This document shows, piece after piece, positions 8,984-18,860 of a stretch of DNA of 32,000 nt. This DNA is from Candidatus Saccharimonadota bacterium (GTDB lineage Bacteria > Pseudomonadota > Gammaproteobacteria > Enterobacterales > Enterobacteriaceae): the NCBI RefSeq assembly GCF_000185985.2, contig NC_014909.2, positions 90,001-122,000 on the forward strand. The letters are read 5' to 3'. How positions within the stretch are numbered: position 1 is the stretch's first letter; every line of letters begins with the position of its first letter. The position numbers and the translations under genes are program-made. The notes beneath the pieces were generated by a model. That model ran no database searches. It was not told the DNA's origin and was given only the letters and a program-made list of their open reading frames with translations.

Positions 8984-10755
8984 ATGGAAAGAATTATTGT
9001 AATAAAGTTATTATGTATTATGTTGTTGGTTTTGACTCCAATTTTTAGTAAATGTGAAATTCAAATAGAATTAGAGGGGTTAGATAGCAAATTAGAACTA
9101 GAATATAATATACGAAAAAAAATTGATCATTATATAGCACGTGACCTAGATTATTTAGGTGTGAATTTAAAAAATGAAATACATGATATAATTAAACTTA
9201 GTTTGAGATCTGCAGGTTATTATAATCCTAAAATTAGTATTGTTTTACTTCCTAAAAATATAGAAAATAATAAAAAATTAAATACTTTAATTATAAAGAT
9301 ATCTCTTGGAATGCCTATAAAGGTTATTCAGGTCAATATTAGTATATACGGAGATGGTAAAAATGATTTTGATTATCAAAATATAATAAAAGATAGTAAG
9401 TTATTTATTGGAAAACAGTTAAATCATCATGATTATGAACAACTTAAAAATAGATTGTATAATTTAGCTGTATCTAAAGGATATTTAGACGCTAAATTTC
9501 AGAAAAGTCAGTTAATTGTTATTCCTAAGTTGAATCAAAGTATTTGGAACATTAATTTTTTTAGTGGATGTCGATATATAATAGAAGAATTAAAATTTCA
9601 AGGAAGTCAAATTCAAGAGACTTATTTGAAAAATATATCTAATATAAGTATAGGAGAATATTATGATACTAAATCTATTATGGAGTTAACTCGACGTTTA
9701 TCTTCTACCAATTGGTTTTGTTCCATTTGTACTTCTTCAAATTTAAATTCATGTGCGAAAAAAAAAAATTACTATTAAATGTGCTACTTACTCCAAATAT
9801 TAAAAATAGTTTTGAAATTGGATCTGGATATTCGAATAATACAGGTCTTCGAGTTAAAATTATTTGGAAAAAACCATGGATAAATTCATACGGGCATAGT
9901 TTAGAAAATAGTTTTAGTATCTCAGCAACAGAGCAATTTGTTGATATAAATTATAAAATCCCGCTGTTTAATAATCCTTTAGAAGAATATTATTTATGCC
10001 AAGGAGGATGGGTTTATGAAAATAATATATATAACTTACAATCTCAGGTTGTTATGCTAAATATAGCACGATATTGGAAATGTATAGATGATGATTGGCA
10101 AAGAGTAATTAATTTATATTGGTATATTAATCATTGTTTTTGTAAAAATAATTTCATTAAAGACATAATGATAATTTGTCCTGGAATTAACATAAATCGA
10201 GTAAAAAAACGAGGAGATATGATCCCATATTGGGGAAATAGTCAACGTTATTCAGTAAATATATCAGCAAATTATTGGAAATCAGACATTGATTTTATTA
10301 TTTTTAAAGCCCAAAATATTTGGATTCGCAACTTTTTTTCGAAAAATAGAATTATAATTAAAAGTGATTTAAATTGGGTGGAAGTGAATAATTTATCATA
10401 TATTATTCCAGTATTTCGGTTTTTTTTTGATAAGAGTTTTGGTATTCGAGGCTATGAATATAAATTTGTATCGTCTTTTTATAATAGTTTTCAATATACA
10501 AAATCAATAATAAGTACTTTTGAATATCAATATAATATATGTAGTAAATTGTGGAGTGCTATTTTTATAGATTTTGGGGGACTTGGAAATAATATTAATT
10601 GGAAAAAAGATTTTAAGGCTGGGTTTGGAATGGGAGTACGTTGGCAATTACCAATAGGTCCTGTAAGACTAGATATAGCGATTCCATTAATAGGATTAGT
10701 TAGAATAAATCATAACTTATTACATTTTTATGTAAATTTAGGGCCTGAGTTGTAA
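8984..10755 (+). pseudogene. tamA: tamA (ytfM), the Omp85-family translocation and assembly module subunit, interrupted by a frameshift in an A11 tract; possibly still expressed through slippage
   Basis: Two overlapping ORFs (8984-9778, 264 aa; 9712-10755, 347 aa) together align colinearly with E. coli TamA. The first carries the signal peptide and POTRA region up to RRLSSTNWF (E. coli RRLSATGWF). The second carries GSGYSNNTGLRVKIIWKKPWINSYGHSL (E. coli [28 protein letters not shown]) through to the C-terminal FYVNLGPEL (E. coli FYIGLGPEL). The frames switch at the A run 9758-9768. Adding one A (A12) or removing two (A9) gives one ORF of about 590 aa. Confidence 0.85.
9758..9768 (+). repeat. 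Poly(A) homopolymer (11 A) at the tamA frameshift site
   Basis: Counted directly: gcg-aaaaaaaaaaa-ttacta. The upstream frame reads AKKKNYY-stop. The downstream frame reads EKKKLLLNVLLTP. Confidence 0.95.
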
Positions 10756-10760
10756 TTTTT

Positions 10761-13700
10761 ATGCGAAGAATGTTTTTAATTTTATTATTCGGAATTGTTG
10801 TCTTATGTGGAGTTTTTGTATTTTTATTTGGGACAACTATAGGAACTAATTTAATATTTACAAGTATTACAAATCGAATTTCTGGATTAACTTTTGATTC
10901 TGTTTCAGGATTTTGGGGTAATTTTAATATTATGCGTATGGTGTATCATACGCCTGAACTAGGTGTAATAAAAGTTGATAAATGTAATATATCGGTAAAT
11001 TTTAAGTATTTTTTAGTAAAAAAAATATATATAAATAATTTGTTGTTAACAGATGTTTATATAGATGGAAGAGAAAGTAACTTAGAACATGTTAGTGCAG
11101 AAAATATTGCAACAAATAAAATTTTTAGAAAAATTTTAAAGAATTATTCGATTATTTTAAAGAACATAGTATGCAATAATATTTGTATAATGTTAGATGA
11201 GATGGAATTTAAATTTCAAAACATTAATACTGGTTGTATTTTAAAAAATAATTTATTGCGAGTGTTGCCTTCTTATATCTCAGAGGGATTTGTTTTGTAT
11301 AATTTTTTTTTAGATGATTCTTCAAATAAACAAACTAATATAACTTTGTATTCAGCACATTGGATAAAAGATTTATTTTGTATTAAAGATGTATTACGTA
11401 ATTTAATTGATGATGTATTGATAGTGATTCGTAAAAAATATAAATTTTCTATAAATTTTGTGTTCACGGATATTCAAGGAAAAGATTTTAATTTTTTTTA
11501 TAATTGTAAAAATAGATATGTAATCAATCGTTTTCAAATACAATTTTCTTGCATTAAGGAAGTAATAAATTCAAAATTTCATATTAATTCATCTTTGGGA
11601 TATTGTAATGGTGTAGCTAATATTGTGTTAGGAAATCGATATCCAGTATATATAGTAGTTGATTATTATCATTATGCTTATCTTAAAAATTTGAATGATG
11701 ATCAATTAGAACAAAAGGATCTAGGAAAAATTAAATTAATGATAACAGGATCATTAATTGATGAATTATGTGTAGATTGCGATATCTTAAATATTATTTC
11801 TTCTACAGTACATATATTAATGAAAATTAAGCTGAAGAATCCTACTACACCAATTAGATTATTGGTGATTGGAAGAAAAATTCCAATGTTTTCATTAGGA
11901 AGTAATAAATTGATTTTTGAAAATTTTAATTTTTTTTTAATAGGAAATACACGTAATTATTCTATTCAAATGCATTCTAATCTAGTTTGTTCAAAGATTG
12001 CAGTAAGGTACGTATCTATGCGTGCCCAAGGAAATTCTAATAGTTGTACTATTTCTGAATTAAAAATAAAGATGTTAAATGGATATTGTAAAATGATAGG
12101 AACAATTAAATGGGGAGGAGATAGGATTAGTTGGAACAATATATATTCATTTAATGACGTTAATGTGAATCAATATTTAAAATATTCAACAAAAGAATTG
12201 TCCAAAAAAATTATTACTCAAGACTTTGTTAATTTTAATGTTCAAAGATTAGCAGTATTATCGTATCCTTATCTTCAGGTATGTAGGGATGGAAGCATTA
12301 GCAATGATAATATTATCATACATAATAAATCGGTATTGACGGAAAGAATAAATAATCGGTGTAATATTTCTACATTTATATTAGAATCCCCCCTTGGTTC
12401 AGATAAAAAGGGAGGTGATAATATTTTAGATTTACAAGTAAGAGGAACGCATCAGAGTCGTATTTTTGGTGTTGCTCTAGAGGTTGATATGATAAATTGT
12501 TCTATTTTTTCTTCTGGGTTAAGTGGAAATTTAAGTATATATTTTGGGCTTCATGGAACAATTAATTCCCCTTTTATTTTATTACATATTCATGCTCAAT
12601 CTTTAAATTGGAGAAGTAAGAATATTAGTATTGAAAAAATTCAAATTAATAGCAATATTAATTACGATGCATTAATGCAAAGTAATTTTTTTATAAAGTT
12701 AGATAAAGTGCAATGTAGAAAGTTTGCATTAAATGAATTACTTGTTCAAGGGATGGGTGATATTGTTAGACATTCTTTACGTATTATATTATATGATAAA
12801 GAATTGGTTGGGATAGTAAATTTAAATGGAGAATTTGATTTAGTTAATCCAAGTTGGAATGGCAGGCTTATTAATACTATTTTTTTCACTCCTATAGGGA
12901 CGTGGAAATTGATAAACGATATGATTTTTAGTTATCAATACACATCCCATAAATTTGTTTTTAAAGCTCATTGTTGGGAAAGTAATTTTTGTCAGGTTTC
13001 CATTACTGATAGACTTCAAAGAAGTTTTTTAAAAAAAATATCTGTAATAATTAATAATTTTAATTTTATATTTTTAGATTTAAAATTAATAAAAAATGTA
13101 AATATATATAATATGCGTTTATATTTCAAGGATGTATATTGGAATTTTGGTGAAGTTTTACCTCAAGGTTCTATAGTTTATTCTATAACTCGGTTAGATA
13201 TGTTATTTTGTGATAAGGAAAATATTGATTTTTATCATATTAAGGTTAATGATTTAATTTGTCATACGACATTTACTGCAACTAGTTTTTCTTGTGTTAG
13301 TTCAGCAGAAATAGAAAATGATAAGAGTTATTTAAAATTTTCAATTACTGATTTATATAATACTCCTAAAATTTCAGGAAATATAAGACTTGATGATATG
13401 AAAGTCGGCTCTTTTTTTTACTTGTTATTTCAATCAAAGGAATATATAAATGGATTGATTAATATGAATTTAAATTTTAAAGGATATTTAAATTCTCCTA
13501 AATTTTATGGGATGATTCAATTTAAAAATTGTGATTTTAATCAATCTAATTTCCCTTTTGTTGTGCAAGATGTTTTTTTACAAATTAATTTTTTTGGAAA
13601 TTATGCGATATTGAATGGAGTAATACAGACAGAACATGGAGGACAATTATATTTAGATGGAAAATTAAATAGTTTGAATTCTTTTAAAAATATTCATTTA

Positions 13701-14711
13701 GTGTTAAATATAAAAGGAGAGCAAATTAATGTGCGCATTTCTTCTCCATCATTGTATGCCAAAATTTCTACTAATTTGATTTGTAAAATAACTACAAAGG
13801 GTATTGATTTAACAGGTCGTATAGATGTACCTTGGGCTAAAATTGAATTTCAAGAATTTTCAAGGAATGCAATAGAAATTTCTTCAGAAGAAATTTTATT
13901 AGATAGTAGTTGTTTACGTCCTACTTTAGTGAATAAGTCTAAAAATTTCGGCATATTTACTATTTCTAGTATTTTTATACATTTAGGTCATGATGTACAT
14001 TTTAATGGTTTAGGTTTATATACTAAGTTGCAAGGTGATTTGGAAATTTCTTATACTAATAATAGTAATGATTTGTTGGTATTAGGTCATGTTAAAATGT
14101 TATCTGGTTATTTTAAAGCATATGGTATAAATTTGATAATAAAACAAGGACAAGTGTTATTTTCTGGAGCAGTTAATCAAGCATATCTTGATATTGAAGC
14201 TGTTAAAAGTGCTTCTTTTATATTAAATTCAAAAGATCCTGTTACTGTGGGTATTCATATTACTGGTGTTGTGGATCAGTTAAAATTAGAATTTTTATCT
14301 AACTCAGTATTATTATCTCAGCAAGAAATAGCGTCTTATTTGCTGGGAGAATATAATACAACTTTATCTAAATTGAATACTATTGGTAATAATACCATAA
14401 CATCATTGTTAATAGGAATGGGTATAGAACGGTATGAAAAATTTATAGGGAAAATTGGTAGAGTTTTAGGAGTTCAAGATTTAACAATAAATACGCAAGA
14501 TTTTATTGGTGGTGGATATACCAAATCATCTGTGGTAGCTTTAAGCGGGTATATAGCTCCTGGATTACAAATTAAATATGGGATTAGTATTGTTGATTTA
14601 CTTACAACAGTAACAGTAAGGTATTGTATAAATCATCAGTTATATTTGGAAGCTACGTCTAGAGGACATGATCAAGCGTTAGATTTATTATATAAATTTA
14701 ATTTTGGTTAA
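10761..14711 (+). CDS. tamB: Translocation and assembly module subunit TamB (ytfN; AsmA-like/DUF490)
   Basis: An uninterrupted 1316-aa ORF starting 5 nt after the tamA stop. The N-terminal signal anchor [29 protein letters not shown] parallels E. coli [30 protein letters not shown]. The C-terminal region matches: [79 protein letters not shown] (E. coli [21 protein letters not shown]). Confidence 0.93.
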   Translation: [1316 protein letters not shown]

Positions 14712-14773
14712 ATACAATTTTAATAGTTAAAAATTATATCTAGAATTGCTTTAATACAAACAGGAGGGATTTT

Positions 14774-15325
14774 TTATTTTAGTTGATGTCTTTTATTTTT
14801 TATTATAGAGCGTTGATAGGCATTAAGAATTTCTGTTTTGGCTGAATCAGCATTTTTCCATTCTCTTATTGTCACCCATTTATTGGCAGTTAAATCTTTA
14901 TAATGTTGAAAAAAATAACAAATTTGTTCACGCAAAAACGTTGGGCATTGATCTATATCTTGAATTAAATGATATTGATTTGATATTTTATTGTTAGGTA
15001 CTGCTATGATTTTATAATCTTCTCCTTCTTCATCAATCATATCAAGCATTCCGATAGGTTTACAATTAATTACAGATCCTATAAGTAAGGGATAGGGAGT
15101 GGGCACTAATACATCAATAGCATCTCCGTCTAGAGATAGTGTATTATTGATATATCCGTAGTTACAAGGATAAAACATAGGGGTTGAGATAAATCTATCC
15201 ACAAAAACAACTCCAGTTTCTTTGTCTATTTCGTATTTTATAGGACTTGAATGTGCTGGAATCTCAATTATGACATATATATCTTCTGGAATGTTATTTC
15301 CAGCCAAAACCTGTTGTAGTGTCAT
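14774..15325 (-). CDS. ppa: Inorganic pyrophosphatase
   Basis: PEDIYVIIEIPAHSSPIKYEIDKETGVVFVDRF, MFYPCNYGYINNTLSLDGD, DVLVPTPYPL and FFQHYKDL match E. coli Ppa almost residue for residue. Confidence 0.96.
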   Translation of the reverse strand: MTLQQVLAGNNIPEDIYVIIEIPAHSSPIKYEIDKETGVVFVDRFISTPMFYPCNYGYINNTLSLDGDAIDVLVPTPYPLLIGSVINCKPIGMLDMIDEEGEDYKIIAVPNNKISNQYHLIQDIDQCPTFLREQICYFFQHYKDLTANKWVTIREWKNADSAKTEILNAYQRSIIKNKRHQLK

Positions 15326-15531
15326 GTCATCTTGCCTTTATATATTCTGATAGTAACATATAGCACTTAAGTAGTATGCGCATATATTAATAAAGCTGCA
15401 TCTATAACAATTAAAAATATAAATAATAATTTGTATATTTAACAGATAAATATTTTTTATAAAAATTTATTTATATGTTACAAAATTTTTTATATATTAG
15501 TCAAGTATAAGGTATGTTATGTTAATGTTTA

Positions 15532-16506
15532 TTAATGATATCTGTGTATTATAAAATAAGCCAAGTTTTTTAAAGCTTTTTTGTACGGTGATGCAGGTAA
15601 AATACTTAAACAAGAAATAGCTTGATTAATTTTAGTTTCTGCGCATTTTCGAGTGTATTCTAATGACCCATATTGTTGCATTGTATTTAAAATAATATTT
15701 AATAAATGTCGGTTATTGCCATTTTTAATCGCTTGGCGTATAATTGAAGCTTCTTTAGGTGTGCTATGATGAATAGCATGCAGTAAAGGAAGAGTAGGTT
15801 TTCCTTCGTTTAAATCATTGCCTGTGTGTTTTCCAAACAAGATAGTATTTGATGTATCATAATCTAGTACATCATCGATTAATTGAAATGCTATTCCTAT
15901 ATATTTTCCATAATTACCTAGGGCTTGTTCTTGTTTAATATCTGCGTTAGCCAAAATTGCTGATGTTTGAGAAGCCACTTCAAATAAACGAGCTGTTTTA
16001 TTATAAATAATCTTCATGTAATGGTTAATAGTAATAGTGGGATCATGGCAATGTATTAATTGCATGATTTCTCCTTCTGCAATAATATTCACTGCATTAG
16101 CCATTAAAGAAAGTATACGTAAGGATTGTAACTCTGTCATCATTTGAAAAGCACGGGTATAGATAAAATCGCCTACTAATACACTAGCAGCATTTCCAAA
16201 CATTATATTAGCAGTTATTTTGCCTCGTCTCATTTCTGATGTATCTACAACATCATCATGTAATAAGGTAGCTGCATGAATAAATTCTATTAAAGTGGCT
16301 ATAATAACGTGCTGGTTTTTTTTATAAGTTAATGATTTTGCTATTAATAAAACCATGCTTGATCGAATTTTCTTACCTCCACTATTAATGATATATTGAA
16401 TCAATTTATTAATTAAAGTTATTTTTGATTTTAGTCGTTTATGAATTTCAAAATTAACGTTAATTATATCTTGTTGAATGAGTTTATTTATTTGGTTGAT
16501 ATTCAT
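15532..16506 (-). CDS. ispB: Octaprenyl-diphosphate synthase
   Basis: 324 aa versus 323 aa in E. coli IspB. Both DDxxD motifs are present (TLLHDDVVDTSEMRRGK and AFQLIDDVLDY). NAASVLVGDFIYTRAFQMM and LNEGKPTLPLLHA are conserved. Confidence 0.95.
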   Translation of the reverse strand: MNINQINKLIQQDIINVNFEIHKRLKSKITLINKLIQYIINSGGKKIRSSMVLLIAKSLTYKKNQHVIIATLIEFIHAATLLHDDVVDTSEMRRGKITANIMFGNAASVLVGDFIYTRAFQMMTELQSLRILSLMANAVNIIAEGEIMQLIHCHDPTITINHYMKIIYNKTARLFEVASQTSAILANADIKQEQALGNYGKYIGIAFQLIDDVLDYDTSNTILFGKHTGNDLNEGKPTLPLLHAIHHSTPKEASIIRQAIKNGNNRHLLNIILNTMQQYGSLEYTRKCAETKINQAISCLSILPASPYKKALKNLAYFIIHRYH

Positions 16507-16569
16507 GTTATCATAGATAATTGTAGTTAATTTTTAATATAGTAGTGTGTTTTAATTTTATTAATTATG

Positions 16570-16598
16570 TTGAGAAACATGATTTTTTAATGTATAAA
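16570..16598 (+). promoter_or_regulatory. Candidate sigma-70 promoter for rplU-rpmA (TTGAGA-N17-TATAAA)
   Basis: -35-like TTGAGA at 16570-16575, a 17-nt spacer, and -10-like TATAAA at 16593-16598, about 60 nt upstream of the rplU ATG in the ispB/rplU divergent spacer. The AT-rich background makes false positives likely. Confidence 0.3.
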
Positions 16599-16657
16599 TA
16601 TCTGATTTAAGTAAGGTATGATAATATCAGATTATAACGAGAGATGGATTATTATTT

Positions 16658-16972
16658 ATGTATGCAGTTTTTCAAATTGGAAGTAAGCAGTATTATGTTT
16701 GTGCGGGGGAAATTATTTATATTGATCGAATGATTGCTAATATCGGGAGTCGTATTGAATTTAATCAAGTTCTTTTTATTAAAGATAATGATTGTATTCA
16801 GATTGGTAATCCGTTTATTAATTCTGGTAAGGTTGTAGCGCAAATCATTTGTCATGATCGGTGTAAAAAGATAAAAATTATTAAATTTCGTCGTCGAAAG
16901 CATTTTCGAAAATCTCAAGGCCATCGACAACATATTACAAAAATAAAAATTTTAAATATACAAAGTAGTTAA
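16658..16972 (+). CDS. rplU: 50S ribosomal protein L21
   Basis: [14 protein letters not shown]... and [28 protein letters not shown] match E. coli L21 (MYAVFQSGGKQHRV..., [28 protein letters not shown]). Confidence 0.95.
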   Translation: MYAVFQIGSKQYYVCAGEIIYIDRMIANIGSRIEFNQVLFIKDNDCIQIGNPFINSGKVVAQIICHDRCKKIKIIKFRRRKHFRKSQGHRQHITKIKILNIQSS

Positions 16973-17028
16973 TTTTTTCTTATAAGCATAGTAACATTAT
17001 TTTATATTGTGCAGAATGGGTTAAATAT

Positions 17029-17289
17029 ATGGCGCATAAAAAAGCTGGTGGATCTACGCGTAATGGTCGAGATTCAAAAGGAAAACGATTAGGGATTAAA
17101 CATTTTTCGGGAGAATTTGTTTCTTCAGGTAGTATTATTGTTCGACAACGTGGAAGTAAATTTCATCCGGGCCAATATGTAGGTTGTGGAAGAGATTATA
17201 CTCTGTTCGCTTTAAAGAGTGGAAAAGTTTTGTTTGAGAAAAAGAAGAAATTAAATCGGAGATTAGTTAGTATTATATACTTATCATAA
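17029..17289 (+). CDS. rpmA: 50S ribosomal protein L27
   Basis: [16 protein letters not shown] is identical to E. coli L27; [15 protein letters not shown] and [11 protein letters not shown] follow. Confidence 0.96.
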   Translation: MAHKKAGGSTRNGRDSKGKRLGIKHFSGEFVSSGSIIVRQRGSKFHPGQYVGCGRDYTLFALKSGKVLFEKKKKLNRRLVSIIYLS

Positions 17290-17568
17290 ATATACTGAAA
17301 AGTAAATTGATTGGGGATTATTTTCATTGTTTGTCGCAATAATAAATAATATGTGAAATAGATAATTGTAAGAGTGTTGTAATGATGAAATTGTGCTGTT
17401 CTTTTTACATAAATTTGTTGTGAGTTGAATGCTTGGTATAGATATAAAAAAATTTAGGTGTAAAATTAGTAATATGATTATTAGTTAAGTAGTGAGGAAT
17501 ATAAATGATATAATTCAGAAGAAGATTAAAGTATTGTATCATGCCATTAAGGTTAGGAATAATTAAAA

Positions 17569-18654
17569 GTGAAATTTGTTGATGTGGTTAATATTACTGT
17601 AATAGCAGGCACAGGGGGGAATGGATGCATTAGTTTTATTAAAATAGGGAGAAATAAATTTTTTAGAAAACCAAACGGGAGTAATGGAGGAGATGGAGGG
17701 AATGTTTGGTTATTATCTGACTCTAATATTAAAACTTTAAGTTATTTTAGTAGCCACCGTATATTTAAAGCTGGTAATGGAGTATCAGGTCGTAGTCGAG
17801 GTCGTTCAGGAAAACGCGGAAAAGATATGATTATACATGTCCCAGTAGGTACTCGTGTTAGTTGTTTAAAAACAAATGCATTGTTAGGAGATATGATAAA
17901 TCAAAAAAATGGAACTTTGTTGTTAGTGGCTAGAGGAGGGCGGCACGGTGTAGGTAATAATGGAGTTAAGTTTTTAAGAAATAAGCATTATAAAAATAAT
18001 AGCAATATTTTATGTTGGGATCGAGTTCAAGGAAGATCGGGAGAAATTCAACATTTATTGTTAGATTTATTTTTAGTAGCAGATGTGGGGGTTTTTGGTT
18101 TACCGAATTCTGGAAAATCTAGTTTTGTTAGTATGGTGTCTCAGGCCAAATCAAAAGTGGCAGATTATCCGTTTACTACCCTTACTCCTAAATTAGGTGT
18201 AGTGCAAGTAGAAGATAAAAGTGTTGTAAATAATAGTAGCTTTGTGATAGAGGATGTTCCAGGTATAATTAAAGGGGCATCTACAGGGTCGGGTTTGGGA
18301 TTACGATTTTTAAAACATTTACAACGTTGCCAAATGTTGTTGCATTTTGTTGATATAAATCCCGCAGATAAATCTGATCCAGTAAAAAATATTATTGATA
18401 TTGAACAAGAATTGAAAGCTTATGATAGAAGATTGATTGATAAAACTAGATGGTTAGTTTTTAATAAAATAGATTTATTAGATGAATTTAAACTAGAAGA
18501 TAGAATAAATTCTATAATTAGATCTGTGCAATGGAACAGTCGTTATTATGCAATTTCTGTAACACATAAGATAAATATATCCTTATTGTGTTGGGATATT
18601 GTTCAGTTTATAAATAAAGATGGTTTTATTGAATCGGCAAACAGCAAGGTTTGA
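17569..18654 (+). CDS. obgE: GTPase ObgE/CgtA
   Basis: A GTG start gives MKFVDVVNITVIAGTGGNGC versus E. coli [20 protein letters not shown]. The Obg fold and G domain are present: GKRGKDMIIHVPVGTRV, LADVGVFGLPNSGKSS, KVADYPFTTLTP, DVPGIIKGAS, FNKIDL. It is 361 aa versus 390 aa, lacking the acidic C-terminal tail. Confidence 0.94.
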   Translation: MKFVDVVNITVIAGTGGNGCISFIKIGRNKFFRKPNGSNGGDGGNVWLLSDSNIKTLSYFSSHRIFKAGNGVSGRSRGRSGKRGKDMIIHVPVGTRVSCLKTNALLGDMINQKNGTLLLVARGGRHGVGNNGVKFLRNKHYKNNSNILCWDRVQGRSGEIQHLLLDLFLVADVGVFGLPNSGKSSFVSMVSQAKSKVADYPFTTLTPKLGVVQVEDKSVVNNSSFVIEDVPGIIKGASTGSGLGLRFLKHLQRCQMLLHFVDINPADKSDPVKNIIDIEQELKAYDRRLIDKTRWLVFNKIDLLDEFKLEDRINSIIRSVQWNSRYYAISVTHKINISLLCWDIVQFINKDGFIESANSKV

Positions 18655-18860
18655 TACGTTATCAAAACAGTATGGTGTGTTATTAGATTTAGGATATAAC
18701 AATAGGGGTACATGATCAATTTTTTCAGTAGTGTTTTTTTAGAGGGAGGGTTCTGAGCAATGGATGTGATTTTAGATTTATTACGGGTTATTTATAAAAA
18801 TAAATATATATGAATTCAGTGTTTATATTAGTGTAAGATAACGATATTGTGATTATGAAA

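Noticed and set aside
9712-9757. ATG at 9712 as an independent start for a separate C-terminal TamA protein
   Set aside because: The homology to TamA continues upstream in the other frame right up to the A11 tract. The residues from 9712 to the tract (MVLFHLYFFKFKFMCE) have no TamA counterpart, and no Shine-Dalgarno sequence precedes the ATG. The overlap is a by-product of the frameshift.
16600-16632. 7-bp inverted repeat (ATCTGAT...ATCAGAT, 19-nt loop) in the rplU 5' leader
   Set aside because: It is short and AT-rich with a large loop, and no ribosomal-protein leader is known for rplU in Gammaproteobacteria. It is compatible with chance.
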